From an uncultured Peptococcaceae bacterium (lineage in GTDB: Bacteria > Bacillota > Peptococcia > Peptococcales > Peptococcaceae), in NCBI GenBank assembly GCA_937976375.1, contig CALJRU010000030.1, positions 94,467 through 158,466 on the forward strand: a stretch of 64,000 nt of DNA. The letters run 5' to 3'. The notes beneath the pieces are model-generated. The model worked only from the letters and a program-made list of their open reading frames with translations, ran no database searches and was not told where the DNA came from. Numbering within the stretch: position 1 is the stretch's first letter; each line of letters opens with the position of its first letter. This document shows, piece by piece, positions 18,241 to 26,041 of the stretch. The translations under genes and the position numbers were made by a program.

Positions 18241-18723
18241 ATGCGGATGTGTGATGACGATAAAACAGTAGCAGATCACATTGCTTCTGCGCGTAAAGAG
18301 GCAGGGCTTTCTCAGGAGGCGTTGTCTGAAAAGCTGTATGTGACGCGTCAGGCTGTGTCCAATTGGGAACGCGGGCGTACGCGTCCAAGTCAGGAGATGA
18401 TTGAAAAAATAGCTGGCGTGTTGGGCGTCGGTGTGGAACGGATTGTTGGCGCTTCAGGCGCTGCGGAAGAAACACAAATCATTGAGCAGGAGGAAATAAC
18501 GGTGCAGAAGGAAAAAGAAGCGCGTCGATTCAGTCGACAGAGTGTGATGATTGGTTTAGGCTATGCAATTGCTTTGTTCTTAGGGCTGATGGTGTTCTTT
18601 GTGGTTGGCCTTTTGGCCATGCAGCCGATGGTGTGGGCGGCGATGTTTTTTTGTGGCATTGGCATATTTTTTGTTGTGGGACTCAGCCTGCATTTATTGA
18701 TTTTATGGAAGCAGCCAGAATAA
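18241..18723 (+). CDS. XRE-family HTH regulator with two C-terminal transmembrane helices
   Basis: HTH_3 signature (LSQEALSEKLYVTRQAVSNWERG). The C-terminal ~60 aa are hydrophobic. RBS AAGGAGGTGAGG. Confidence 0.6.
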   Translation: MRMCDDDKTVADHIASARKEAGLSQEALSEKLYVTRQAVSNWERGRTRPSQEMIEKIAGVLGVGVERIVGASGAAEETQIIEQEEITVQKEKEARRFSRQSVMIGLGYAIALFLGLMVFFVVGLLAMQPMVWAAMFFCGIGIFFVVGLSLHLLILWKQPE

Positions 18724-18813
18724 ATAGCAAAGTTTTTAAGACGAAAAACACCTTTTCTCGATGTGCCGTTGCGAAACGACAGCAGGGAAAAGGTGTTTTT
18801 CATTGAGACAATT

Positions 18814-20493
18814 TTATTGGTGTGCTGGTTGTTGAGCGCGTTCTAAGAAACGACGCTCCAAATAATGGGTGACAGCAGAGCGTGAGATGATGCCAACGAC
18901 TTTCTCGCCGTCAACAACAGGGACTTTTTTCACGCCGGCTGCGCTCAACAGCTTGCAGATGTCTTCGGATGATGTGCCAAGTGGGATGGTGATTGGCTTG
19001 TCATTGCCAATCTCGAGAACATTGAGATCCATGATATCATGCAGTTTATTTTCAAATTCTGCATGATCATTCCAGAAATAATCCATGAACATGGACGAGC
19101 TGCCGAGCGCAGCAGCAGGATAATCATCAACGCGTAAGTAACGCATGATGTCACCATCTGTGATAAAGCCTTTGGCCTTGCCATCAGAAGAAACAATTGG
19201 CGCACCACTGATGTTTTGCTTTGAGAAGAAAGCGATGGCATCGCGAACGGTGGCGTTTTCATTTAAGGAGTAAACATCACGCTTCATATACTTGTCCAGC
19301 AAGTTGATGGTGTCGGTGCTTGTTGTTGGAATGGTTCTGAGCTTGCGATAGTATCGATCAACATAAGCGGTATAAATGACTCCGCCTACCAGATAGGCGA
19401 TGGCAGTAAGGGCAAAGCCTTGTGACAGGCCAAGAGATTCTTGCATGAAGCCCATTAGGAGTGAGCCGATCCCAATACCAATATCGTAGGACAAGAGATA
19501 GGTGGCATTGGCGACGCCGCGTTTTGGTGCAGGCGTGGTGCCGGTGACGAAGGATTGAAAGAGCGGCTGCAGAATGCCATATCCTAAGCCAAAGAAGAAG
19601 CCGGCCAACAGAAGATGCGTGCCAGTTGTGAGAAATAGGTAGCTTGCCATTGTCACAATCAGCACAATGAGGCTGGCAAAGACGAGAATGTGATAGTTTC
19701 CGGCATCAATCCAGCGCTGCGTGGAAAGCTTAGACAACAGCATCCCAAGAACCAGGCAGATGTAGAAATAAGGGATGACAGACATAAGACCTTTTTCCTG
19801 TGCCAGGATGGAAGAATAAGCAATAACTGCGCCATAAGGGATCATCAAGAACATCATGTTGAACATGAATGGAAGTGCTGGCTTATAGATGGAATCTCTG
19901 AGCGCAAATTTTTTGCGTTTGATTTTAGGGTACGAGATTTTGCAGCAGGAGACACAAATCAACGCCACAACGGCAATCGCGAATACCGTTAAGAACGATG
20001 CTTTGCTGCTCATATGGTTTTGCACTTGGATGCCGACATAAGGACCAACAGCCATACCAATTGAAATGGTGAAGGCAAAGCGGCTGATGCCTTCTGTAAT
20101 TTTACCTGGAGGAAGTACGTCACTGGCCAATGTCATTGTGGCAGAGCCACATACAGAATACACAGCCCCCATATACAGACGAATGACGATGAGCGCTCCG
20201 AAAATTGGGAAGATGAGAAAGCTCGGGAACGATAAGCAAAACAGCGCTAGGAAAATAATATAGACGATATAGCGATTGAAATTGTCTAATAAATATCCAG
20301 CGATGGGACGAAATAAGATGGTGGCCACAGACATTGCGGTCAAAACGATGCCGATTTTCGACCCCGTAATGCCAATTTCCTGACAATAAATTGGAATGAT
20401 TGGAATTGAGGCGTAAAAGGCGGCTAAAACCAGCAGATTGGTGATGAAGAGCAAGATAAAGTTCTTGTTCCATATCTTTTTTGGTTTCTCCAT
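18814..20493 (-). CDS. MFS transporter fused to a C-terminal CBS-domain pair
   Basis: 559 aa. The N-terminal ~400 aa have 12 predicted TMs. The C-terminal ~150 aa have two CBS-like modules (VRDAIAFFSKQNISGAPIVSSDGKAKGFITDGDIMRY; KKVPVVDGEKVVGIISRSAV). Confidence 0.65.
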   Translation of the reverse strand: MEKPKKIWNKNFILLFITNLLVLAAFYASIPIIPIYCQEIGITGSKIGIVLTAMSVATILFRPIAGYLLDNFNRYIVYIIFLALFCLSFPSFLIFPIFGALIVIRLYMGAVYSVCGSATMTLASDVLPPGKITEGISRFAFTISIGMAVGPYVGIQVQNHMSSKASFLTVFAIAVVALICVSCCKISYPKIKRKKFALRDSIYKPALPFMFNMMFLMIPYGAVIAYSSILAQEKGLMSVIPYFYICLVLGMLLSKLSTQRWIDAGNYHILVFASLIVLIVTMASYLFLTTGTHLLLAGFFFGLGYGILQPLFQSFVTGTTPAPKRGVANATYLLSYDIGIGIGSLLMGFMQESLGLSQGFALTAIAYLVGGVIYTAYVDRYYRKLRTIPTTSTDTINLLDKYMKRDVYSLNENATVRDAIAFFSKQNISGAPIVSSDGKAKGFITDGDIMRYLRVDDYPAAALGSSSMFMDYFWNDHAEFENKLHDIMDLNVLEIGNDKPITIPLGTSSEDICKLLSAAGVKKVPVVDGEKVVGIISRSAVTHYLERRFLERAQQPAHQ

Positions 20494-20526
20494 TGAACAT
20501 AACTCCTTTTAAACAATAAAATATAG

Positions 20527-20597
20527 TGGCAATTGCCACCAAATTTAATATAATATAAATTTCACGCCTCGTCAACAACTAGTTGCACTTGCCACCA
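20527..20597. promoter_or_regulatory. Divergent promoter region with a 12-bp perfect palindrome TGGCAATTGCCA and a related downstream half-site repeat (candidate MarR operator)
   Basis: TGGCAATTGCCACCAAATTTAATATAAT at 20527.. and TTGCACTTGCCACCAATTTATAGTAC at 20583... Each is followed by a -10-like hexamer. Sits between the MFS-CBS and MarR genes. Confidence 0.4.
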
Positions 20598-20640
20598 ATT
20601 TATAGTACGATGGTACTATCGTATCAAAGGAGGCAAAAGC

Positions 20641-21081
20641 ATGTCTGGTATTGTAGACAGCCCATTTAAGTCTATTTCGATATTGTATAGAAAATCGCAT
20701 AGTTGGTTGAACAACAGTTGCATGGCGTACCATTTGACAGCGGCTCAGGCGGTGGTCATCTTGATTGTGTGTGATTTTAAGGTTTTGACACAGGATGAGA
20801 TCACCAAACGTCTCAGTTTGGATAAGAGCGTGATCGCCAAGACGGTGAATAAACTGGAGGAACTCGGTTTTGTTGAGCGCAGCACCAATGCAAAAGATAA
20901 GCGCACTTATGACATTCGGCCAACAGACAAATCCTGGGACGTCTATCCGTTCGTGAAGGAGCAGATTGAACAGTCTTTTCAGCATATGACGCAACACATG
21001 ACGGATGAAGAACGAGAACAGTTCAAACATTTGCTGATGGTGGCTGCAGCATCCGTCATTGAAATGGAAGATGAACAATAA
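20641..21081 (+). CDS. MarR-family transcriptional regulator
   Basis: 146 aa; winged-helix segment LTQDEITKRLSLDKSVIAKTVNKLEELGFVERSTNAKDKR. Confidence 0.7.
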   Translation: MSGIVDSPFKSISILYRKSHSWLNNSCMAYHLTAAQAVVILIVCDFKVLTQDEITKRLSLDKSVIAKTVNKLEELGFVERSTNAKDKRTYDIRPTDKSWDVYPFVKEQIEQSFQHMTQHMTDEEREQFKHLLMVAAASVIEMEDEQ

Positions 21082-21156
21082 GGATCTCTGGTAAATATGA
21101 TTCATCAATAGAGAAATCGTGACAAGACAATAAAAAACGCTTTACCGAGCAATCAC

Positions 21157-21993
21157 ATGCGAGGCAAAGCGTTTTTTGTTTCTATCGCTATATTGACAGT
21201 CTTTCTATGGCGTATTAACATGAATTTAATACTATGTTTTATTGGTTGGGGGGCGTTTGTGATGCTGTATCCGATCATCGTTTTGGTGTCAATCATCGGG
21301 GCGTTGATTCAAGGGGTGACTGGTTTCGGTTCGTCGTTGACGATCATGACAATTTTGCCGTATTTTATGGCGCTGCCACAAGCGGTGGCCATTTCCTGCG
21401 TGATTCCGATGGCACAGATGGCGGCACTTGTTTGGATGTACCGACAAGCGATCAACTGGCGGCGCGTGTTGTTTCCGTCGCTGTTTTATCTGATTGGCTG
21501 TTGGTTGTCGATTCGGCACACACTGTCCTTTGATCCAACGACCTTGAAATTTGTTTTTGGCATTTTTTTAATTATCATAGGAATTTATTTTCTGCGGTTT
21601 AGTGAGAAGGCGAAGGTTAAGGATACCATTCTCGTCATGGTTGGCTGCAGTTTTGTATCAGGGCTGATCAATGGTTTGTTTGGCATTGGTGGTCCGTTGA
21701 TGGTGTTGTACTATATGGCGGCGTGCGATTCGATGAATGAATATATTGCCAACCTTCAGTGCTGTTTTTTAATTACAGATATTTATTGTTTGATTCTGCG
21801 CACCCAGGAGGGCATTTTTACTGCAGATCTTATTGGGCCGTCGATTGTTGGCATTGTCGTTGTACTGATTGGACAGTTTTTTGCTGCCCGTATCGTAGCG
21901 TGCATCAACAGTGAAGATATCATTCGTCATTGCACATACGTCATGGTTTGTGTGTCTGGCGTGATCATGGGACTCACCAATTTGCCGTTTTAA
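21157..21993 (+). CDS. TSUP/TauE-SafE family membrane permease (sulfite/organosulfonate exporter-like)
   Basis: 278 aa, 7-8 TMs, duplicated glycine-rich motifs GVTGFGSS and GLFGIGGPL. Start may be downstream of the ORF-track ATG. Confidence 0.55.
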   Translation: MRGKAFFVSIAILTVFLWRINMNLILCFIGWGAFVMLYPIIVLVSIIGALIQGVTGFGSSLTIMTILPYFMALPQAVAISCVIPMAQMAALVWMYRQAINWRRVLFPSLFYLIGCWLSIRHTLSFDPTTLKFVFGIFLIIIGIYFLRFSEKAKVKDTILVMVGCSFVSGLINGLFGIGGPLMVLYYMAACDSMNEYIANLQCCFLITDIYCLILRTQEGIFTADLIGPSIVGIVVVLIGQFFAARIVACINSEDIIRHCTYVMVCVSGVIMGLTNLPF

Positions 21994-22017
21994 TTGATGA
22001 AAAAAGGAGCGTGTGTG

Positions 22018-22674
22018 ATGAATTTTAAAGATTTACCAGGCATTGAACCTTGCTTTTTTAAAAAAGGGGACATCCTCATCCATGATGGCGATCGCGTGGA
22101 TTATATTTATTATCTGAGAAAAGGCACTGTTTATCGTGAAATTGTCACAGATACGGGCATTGAAAGCATTCTCTCCTGCAAGGAAGGCGGCGGCCTCACA
22201 GATTCACTCATCGGCATTCTTTTGTTGTATGGCGTTCAGCCACCGTATTTTTCAGGCAACAATTTTGTGGCTGGAACAGATTGTTATTGCCTGCGCATTC
22301 CAGTTGAAGTGATCAAGCAATTTTTGCGCAGTCAGCCAGAATTGCTGGAACAGTTGGTGGCAACCGCTGTCCATGAATGTGGGTACCTGATGAACCTTTA
22401 TCTAGGAAAAACGGAGGTGCCGGCACCGGCAGCATTATGCTCCTGGATGCTGGAGCGCTTAAAGAAAGATGAAGACGGGCAAGACTACTTACCGGCATAT
22501 CATCATGATGATATCGCGAAATTCTTGAATCTGCATAAGGTTACCGTTTCGCGCATTTTTGGTGCCTTAAAACGTGAAGGTGTTCTGGAAAAAACACCAC
22601 ACGGTTTGGTGGTGCATGATATGGAGCGTTTGCGAGAATATGCAGAGAACATCCGTCATTTGAAATACTCGTAA
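22018..22674 (+). CDS. Crp/Fnr-family transcriptional regulator
   Basis: cNMP-binding-like N-domain and C-terminal HTH (DIAKFLNLHKVTVSRIFGALKREGVL). Start at the ATG after AAGGAG. Confidence 0.7.
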   Translation: MNFKDLPGIEPCFFKKGDILIHDGDRVDYIYYLRKGTVYREIVTDTGIESILSCKEGGGLTDSLIGILLLYGVQPPYFSGNNFVAGTDCYCLRIPVEVIKQFLRSQPELLEQLVATAVHECGYLMNLYLGKTEVPAPAALCSWMLERLKKDEDGQDYLPAYHHDDIAKFLNLHKVTVSRIFGALKREGVLEKTPHGLVVHDMERLREYAENIRHLKYS

Positions 22675-22758
22675 AGAAAAGATTTGATGAAGGAATATAA
22701 TACATTTCGTTATTTTTTGATTTTAGAAAAAAATCACAGAAAAAAGTTAACCTGGGTT

Positions 22759-22779
22759 ATTGATTTCTCGTTAATCAAT
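22759..22779. promoter_or_regulatory. Inverted repeat ATTGATT-N7-AATCAAT in the AT-rich leader of the sulfotransferase-like gene
   Basis: 7-bp perfect arms with TTGAT/ATCAA half-sites like Fnr/Crp boxes, but with non-canonical spacing. About 70 nt upstream of the ATG at 22847 and just downstream of the Crp/Fnr gene. Confidence 0.35.
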
Positions 22780-22846
22780 ATATAAAATGGATTTATAAAT
22801 TGATGGTAATTAATATTGAGTAATTAATCTCTAAGGAGGAAAATTT

Positions 22847-24337
22847 ATGAGTTCAACCATCTATCCTACCGGTACTACAATCTATAATCCAGAAAAAGCA
22901 TGGAGTGGCTACACTCTGATGCCAATCGGTAAAGTCGGTGCTGTTCTGATCGACATGAACGGTAACGTTGTAAAAGTTTGGAAAGATTTCCAGGGCTTCC
23001 CTAACAAACTGCTGAAAGGCGGTTATGTATTGGGTTCTCTCGGTGTTCGTGACAGCGCATTCTCCTATCAGGATCAGACCGATCTGACTCAGCTCGACTG
23101 GGATGGTAACGTTGTTTGGAAATTCGACCACAAAGAATACATCGAAGATGAAGGCAAGCCAGCAATGTGGATGGCTCGTCAGCATCATGACTATCAGCGT
23201 GAAGGTAACCCAGTTGGTTACTATGTTCCTGGCATGGAATGCAAAACCGATGGTGGTAATACCTTGATCCTCTGCCATGAAACCATTCATGATCACAAGA
23301 TCAGTGACAAACAGCTCCTCGACGATGTATTCATCGAAGTAGACTGGGAAGGCAACATTGTTTGGGAATGGCATGTAAGTGATCACTTCCGTGAACTGGG
23401 CTTCTCTCAAGCAGCAAAGAACGTTCTCTTCCGTAACCCTAACCAGCACTTCACCCAGAATGGTGAACTTGGTGACTGGATGCACATCAACTCCATGAGC
23501 TATCTTGGGCCTAACAAATGGTACGATGCTGGTGATGAACGTTTCAAACCAGACAACATCATCTGGGATGCTCGTGAAGCAAACATCCTTGCAATCATCG
23601 ACAAAGAAACCGGTAAGATCGTTTGGAAACTTGGTCCAGACTTCACTGAAACCAAGGAAATGCGTCGCATCGGTCAGATCATTGGTCAGCATCATGTTCA
23701 CATGATTCCAAAAGGCCTGCCAGGCGAAGGTAACATCCTTATCTTCGATAACGGTGGCTGGGCTGGTTATGGTCTGCCTGACCGCATGAGCGTTGATGGT
23801 ACGAAGGTTGATATTCGTGACCACAGCCGTATTCTTGAAATCGATCCTGTAACTCTCAAGGTTGTTTGGAGCTACGTTGGTGGCGATACTCACAAAGGTG
23901 CAATGGGCGCATTCATTACTAACACCAGATTCTACAGCCAGCTGATCAGTGCTGCACAGCGTCTGCCTAATGGTAACACCATGATCACCGAAGGTTGCTG
24001 CTCCAGAATCTTTGAAGTAACCCCAGACAAAGAAGTTGTATGGGAATACATCGCTCCATTCAATAAGGAAAGCGAAGGCATGTTTGTATATCGTGCATAT
24101 CGTTATCCATACGATTATGTACCACAGCTCGACACTCCAGAAGAAGTACCTGTAGAACCACTCGATATCACGACCTTCCGTGTTCCAGGTGCTGCTGAAG
24201 GTATGCTCCAGAACTTCACCGAAGTTCCTGAAGCTCTCGGCTACACTTCTGAAATGGCAGCTTGCGTAACCGATGACCAGATCGATGATGCTGCAGAAGC
24301 TGATCCAGATGATGAAGTAACCGGCGCTAAATTCTAA
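22847..24337 (+). CDS. Aryl-sulfate sulfotransferase (ASST)-like beta-propeller protein, cytoplasmic (no signal peptide)
   Basis: 496 aa with repeated W/G-rich blades (VVWKF, IVWEW, IVWKL, VVWSY, VVWEY) and several His clusters, as in ASST-family propellers. Strong RBS AAGGAGG. Codon usage is conspicuously uniform (GGT, CTG, CGT, AAC). Confidence 0.45.
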   Translation: MSSTIYPTGTTIYNPEKAWSGYTLMPIGKVGAVLIDMNGNVVKVWKDFQGFPNKLLKGGYVLGSLGVRDSAFSYQDQTDLTQLDWDGNVVWKFDHKEYIEDEGKPAMWMARQHHDYQREGNPVGYYVPGMECKTDGGNTLILCHETIHDHKISDKQLLDDVFIEVDWEGNIVWEWHVSDHFRELGFSQAAKNVLFRNPNQHFTQNGELGDWMHINSMSYLGPNKWYDAGDERFKPDNIIWDAREANILAIIDKETGKIVWKLGPDFTETKEMRRIGQIIGQHHVHMIPKGLPGEGNILIFDNGGWAGYGLPDRMSVDGTKVDIRDHSRILEIDPVTLKVVWSYVGGDTHKGAMGAFITNTRFYSQLISAAQRLPNGNTMITEGCCSRIFEVTPDKEVVWEYIAPFNKESEGMFVYRAYRYPYDYVPQLDTPEEVPVEPLDITTFRVPGAAEGMLQNFTEVPEALGYTSEMAACVTDDQIDDAAEADPDDEVTGAKF

Positions 24338-24356
24338 TTATAAATTGTGTACCATC

Positions 24357-24386
24357 GACCACCTCATCATGAGGTGGTCTTTTTTG
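24357..24386 (+). terminator. Rho-independent terminator
   Basis: GACCACCTCATCATGAGGTGGTC followed by TTTTTTG. Confidence 0.75.
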
Positions 24387-24460
24387 TTGGAAAAATAATC
24401 TTTTGAAACGTTGGTTGTGACATGATATGATGGAGTGAAGAATAAGAGGAAGGATGAAGA

Positions 24461-25432
24461 ATGATGAAGATGGTTGTATTGGACGGCTATACCCTGAATC
24501 CAGGTGATTTAGACTGGCGTGTATTAGATTCTTTTGGCTCCTTGACGGTGTATCCGTCGTCGCAATATATGGACGAAGCGGAACAGATTGCACGCATTGG
24601 TGATGCAGAAATTTTGTTTGTGAATAAAACAAAAATCACCGAACGCATCTTGGCAGCATGTCCAAAGGTGCATTATATTGGTGAATTGGCTACGGGCTTT
24701 GATAACATAGATGTTGATGCTGCTCGACGTCATGGTGTTGCCTTGACCAATGTTCCGGACTATGGCGGCATCGCAGTGGCCCAGCATACGATGGCGTTGC
24801 TCTTGGAACTGGCCAATCGTACCTGTGCCATGCATGAGCGTGTGCTGCGTGGCGAGTGGACCAGCGAAATCATTCCGGAAAAGGGTCAATGGCAGATGGA
24901 GATGACCGAGCTTGCTGGCAAAACCATTGGCTTTGTTGGTTATGGCACCATCGCTATTTATGCAGCGCGCATGGCACGTGCCTTCGGTATGCGGACCTTA
25001 GGCTATTCTCGCCGTGAACGGCCGGAAGGACGAGAAGTGGCAGAATACGTCGATCTGGACACGCTGCTTAGAGAAAGTGATGTTGTCAGTTTGCACATGC
25101 CACTTAATGAGGGGTCCTACCAGATCATCAATCGTGAATCTTTGGCGAAGATGAAACAAGGGGCTTTTTTGATCAACACGGCGCGTGGGGCGCTTGTCGA
25201 TGAAGCGGCACTGATTGAAGCCATGGACAGTGGAAAAGTGGCGGGCTTTGCCAGTGACGTTATGGTGAAGGAGCCGTTTGACATGAACCATCCGCTGGTA
25301 GGACGCGACAACGTTGTGCTGACGCCGCATATTGCTTGGGGCCCACGGGCTACACGGGCTCGCCTGTTGGATACAGTGGTCAGCAATTTGCAGGCGTATC
25401 TCAATGGTGAAGAAGTGAACCGCATCTGCTGA
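24461..25432 (+). CDS. D-isomer-specific 2-hydroxyacid dehydrogenase (glycerate dehydrogenase/hydroxypyruvate reductase-like)
   Basis: 323 aa. NAD-binding GFVGYGTIAIYAARMARAFGM. Catalytic region NTARG...D...H pattern. Confidence 0.75.
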   Translation: MMKMVVLDGYTLNPGDLDWRVLDSFGSLTVYPSSQYMDEAEQIARIGDAEILFVNKTKITERILAACPKVHYIGELATGFDNIDVDAARRHGVALTNVPDYGGIAVAQHTMALLLELANRTCAMHERVLRGEWTSEIIPEKGQWQMEMTELAGKTIGFVGYGTIAIYAARMARAFGMRTLGYSRRERPEGREVAEYVDLDTLLRESDVVSLHMPLNEGSYQIINRESLAKMKQGAFLINTARGALVDEAALIEAMDSGKVAGFASDVMVKEPFDMNHPLVGRDNVVLTPHIAWGPRATRARLLDTVVSNLQAYLNGEEVNRIC

Positions 25433-25440
25433 TGAAAAAT

Positions 25441-25482
25441 AAATCCACACCTGTTTATGCACAGATGTGGATTTATTTTTTG
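25441..25482 (+). terminator. Rho-independent terminator
   Basis: AAATCCACACCTGT...ACAGATGTGGATTT followed by ATTTTTT. Confidence 0.7.
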
Positions 25483-25492
25483 CATTAAAAAA

Positions 25493-25520
25493 GGAATGAA
25501 AACGATAGCGTTTTCATTCC
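25493..25520. terminator. Bidirectional hairpin terminator downstream of SRP RNA
   Basis: GGAATGAAAACG-ATAGC-GTTTTCATTCC with A/T runs on both sides. Confidence 0.6.
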
Positions 25521-25537
25521 TGATGATTTTTATTAAA

Positions 25538-25803
25538 GCCGCACATTCATCTCTGAAATGATCTCCCAGGCGGTAACACATCAGCCAGCTCGAGCCAGGC
25601 GCTCCCGTGGCACATGCGCGGGTCTACTTAGTGCTGCTTCCTTCCGGACCTGACACGGTTCATAGGTGCGCATTGCACAGGACCCAGCTGTCAACACCGC
25701 TTAATGCGGCCAGACCCTAAAATCACACCCCTCGGATGAACATCGATCCTGCTGTAGCGGATTGCAGGTTACAGGGCACCGCTAACTCCCCATCTAGTAC
25801 GGC
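25538..25803 (-). ncRNA. ffs: Signal recognition particle RNA, long Bacillus-type (scRNA with Alu domain)
   Basis: The reverse complement contains GGTCCGGAAGGAAGCAGC (domain IV) and a 5' segment GTTAGCGGTGCCCTGTAACCTGCAATCCGCTACAGCAGG. Both are nearly identical to B. subtilis scRNA from memory. 5'/3' ends pair (GCCGTAC/GTGCGGC). Confidence 0.8.
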
Positions 25804-25808
25804 CCATC

Positions 25809-25840
25809 TATTATACCACTCTCTGCGTGCAAAAGACAAG
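25809..25840 (-). promoter_or_regulatory. Promoter of SRP RNA (TTGTCT-N18-TGgTATAAT)
   Basis: Extended -10 TGGTATAAT and -35-like TTGTCT, read on the minus strand. Confidence 0.55.
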
Positions 25841-25851
25841 TTATTTATTAG

Positions 25852-25886
25852 TAACAAAAAAGCGCTTCGGAATGTTCCGAAGCGCA
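25852..25886 (-). terminator. Terminator of the tRNA-Glu gene
   Basis: GCGCTTCGGAACATTCCGAAGCGC followed by a T-run on the minus strand. Confidence 0.75.
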
Positions 25887-25960
25887 TAGCCCGTACGGGA
25901 TTCGAACCCGTGAATACCAGCATGAGGGGCTGGGGAGTTAAACCACTTCTCAAACGGGCC
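25887..25960 (-). tRNA. tRNA-Glu-like, anticodon CUC with C at position 33
   Basis: The reverse complement GGCCCGTTTGAGAAGTGGTTTAACTCCCCAGCCCCTCATGCTGGTATTCACGGGTTCGAATCCCGTACGGGCTA shares acceptor and T arm with B. subtilis tRNA-Glu. Anticodon stem CCAGC/GCTGG, loop CCCTCAT. Confidence 0.6.
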
Positions 25961-26001
25961 AGAGAATCATTGTAGAGATTAAAACAAAACCTACAAAAAA
26001 T

Positions 26002-26030
26002 ATCTTACAACTTTGATCTGGCCTTGTCAA
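26002..26030 (-). promoter_or_regulatory. Promoter for tRNA-Glu (TTGACA-N17-TAAGAT)
   Basis: Read on the minus strand, about 40 nt upstream of the tRNA 5' end. Confidence 0.55.
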
Positions 26031-26041
26031 GAGAACGGGTT

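Noticed and set aside
22853-23893. 346-aa minus-strand ORF inside the sulfotransferase-like gene
   Set aside because: It is antisense to a gene with strong coding signal and RBS, has no RBS of its own, and its composition reflects the mirrored codon bias. Shadow ORF.
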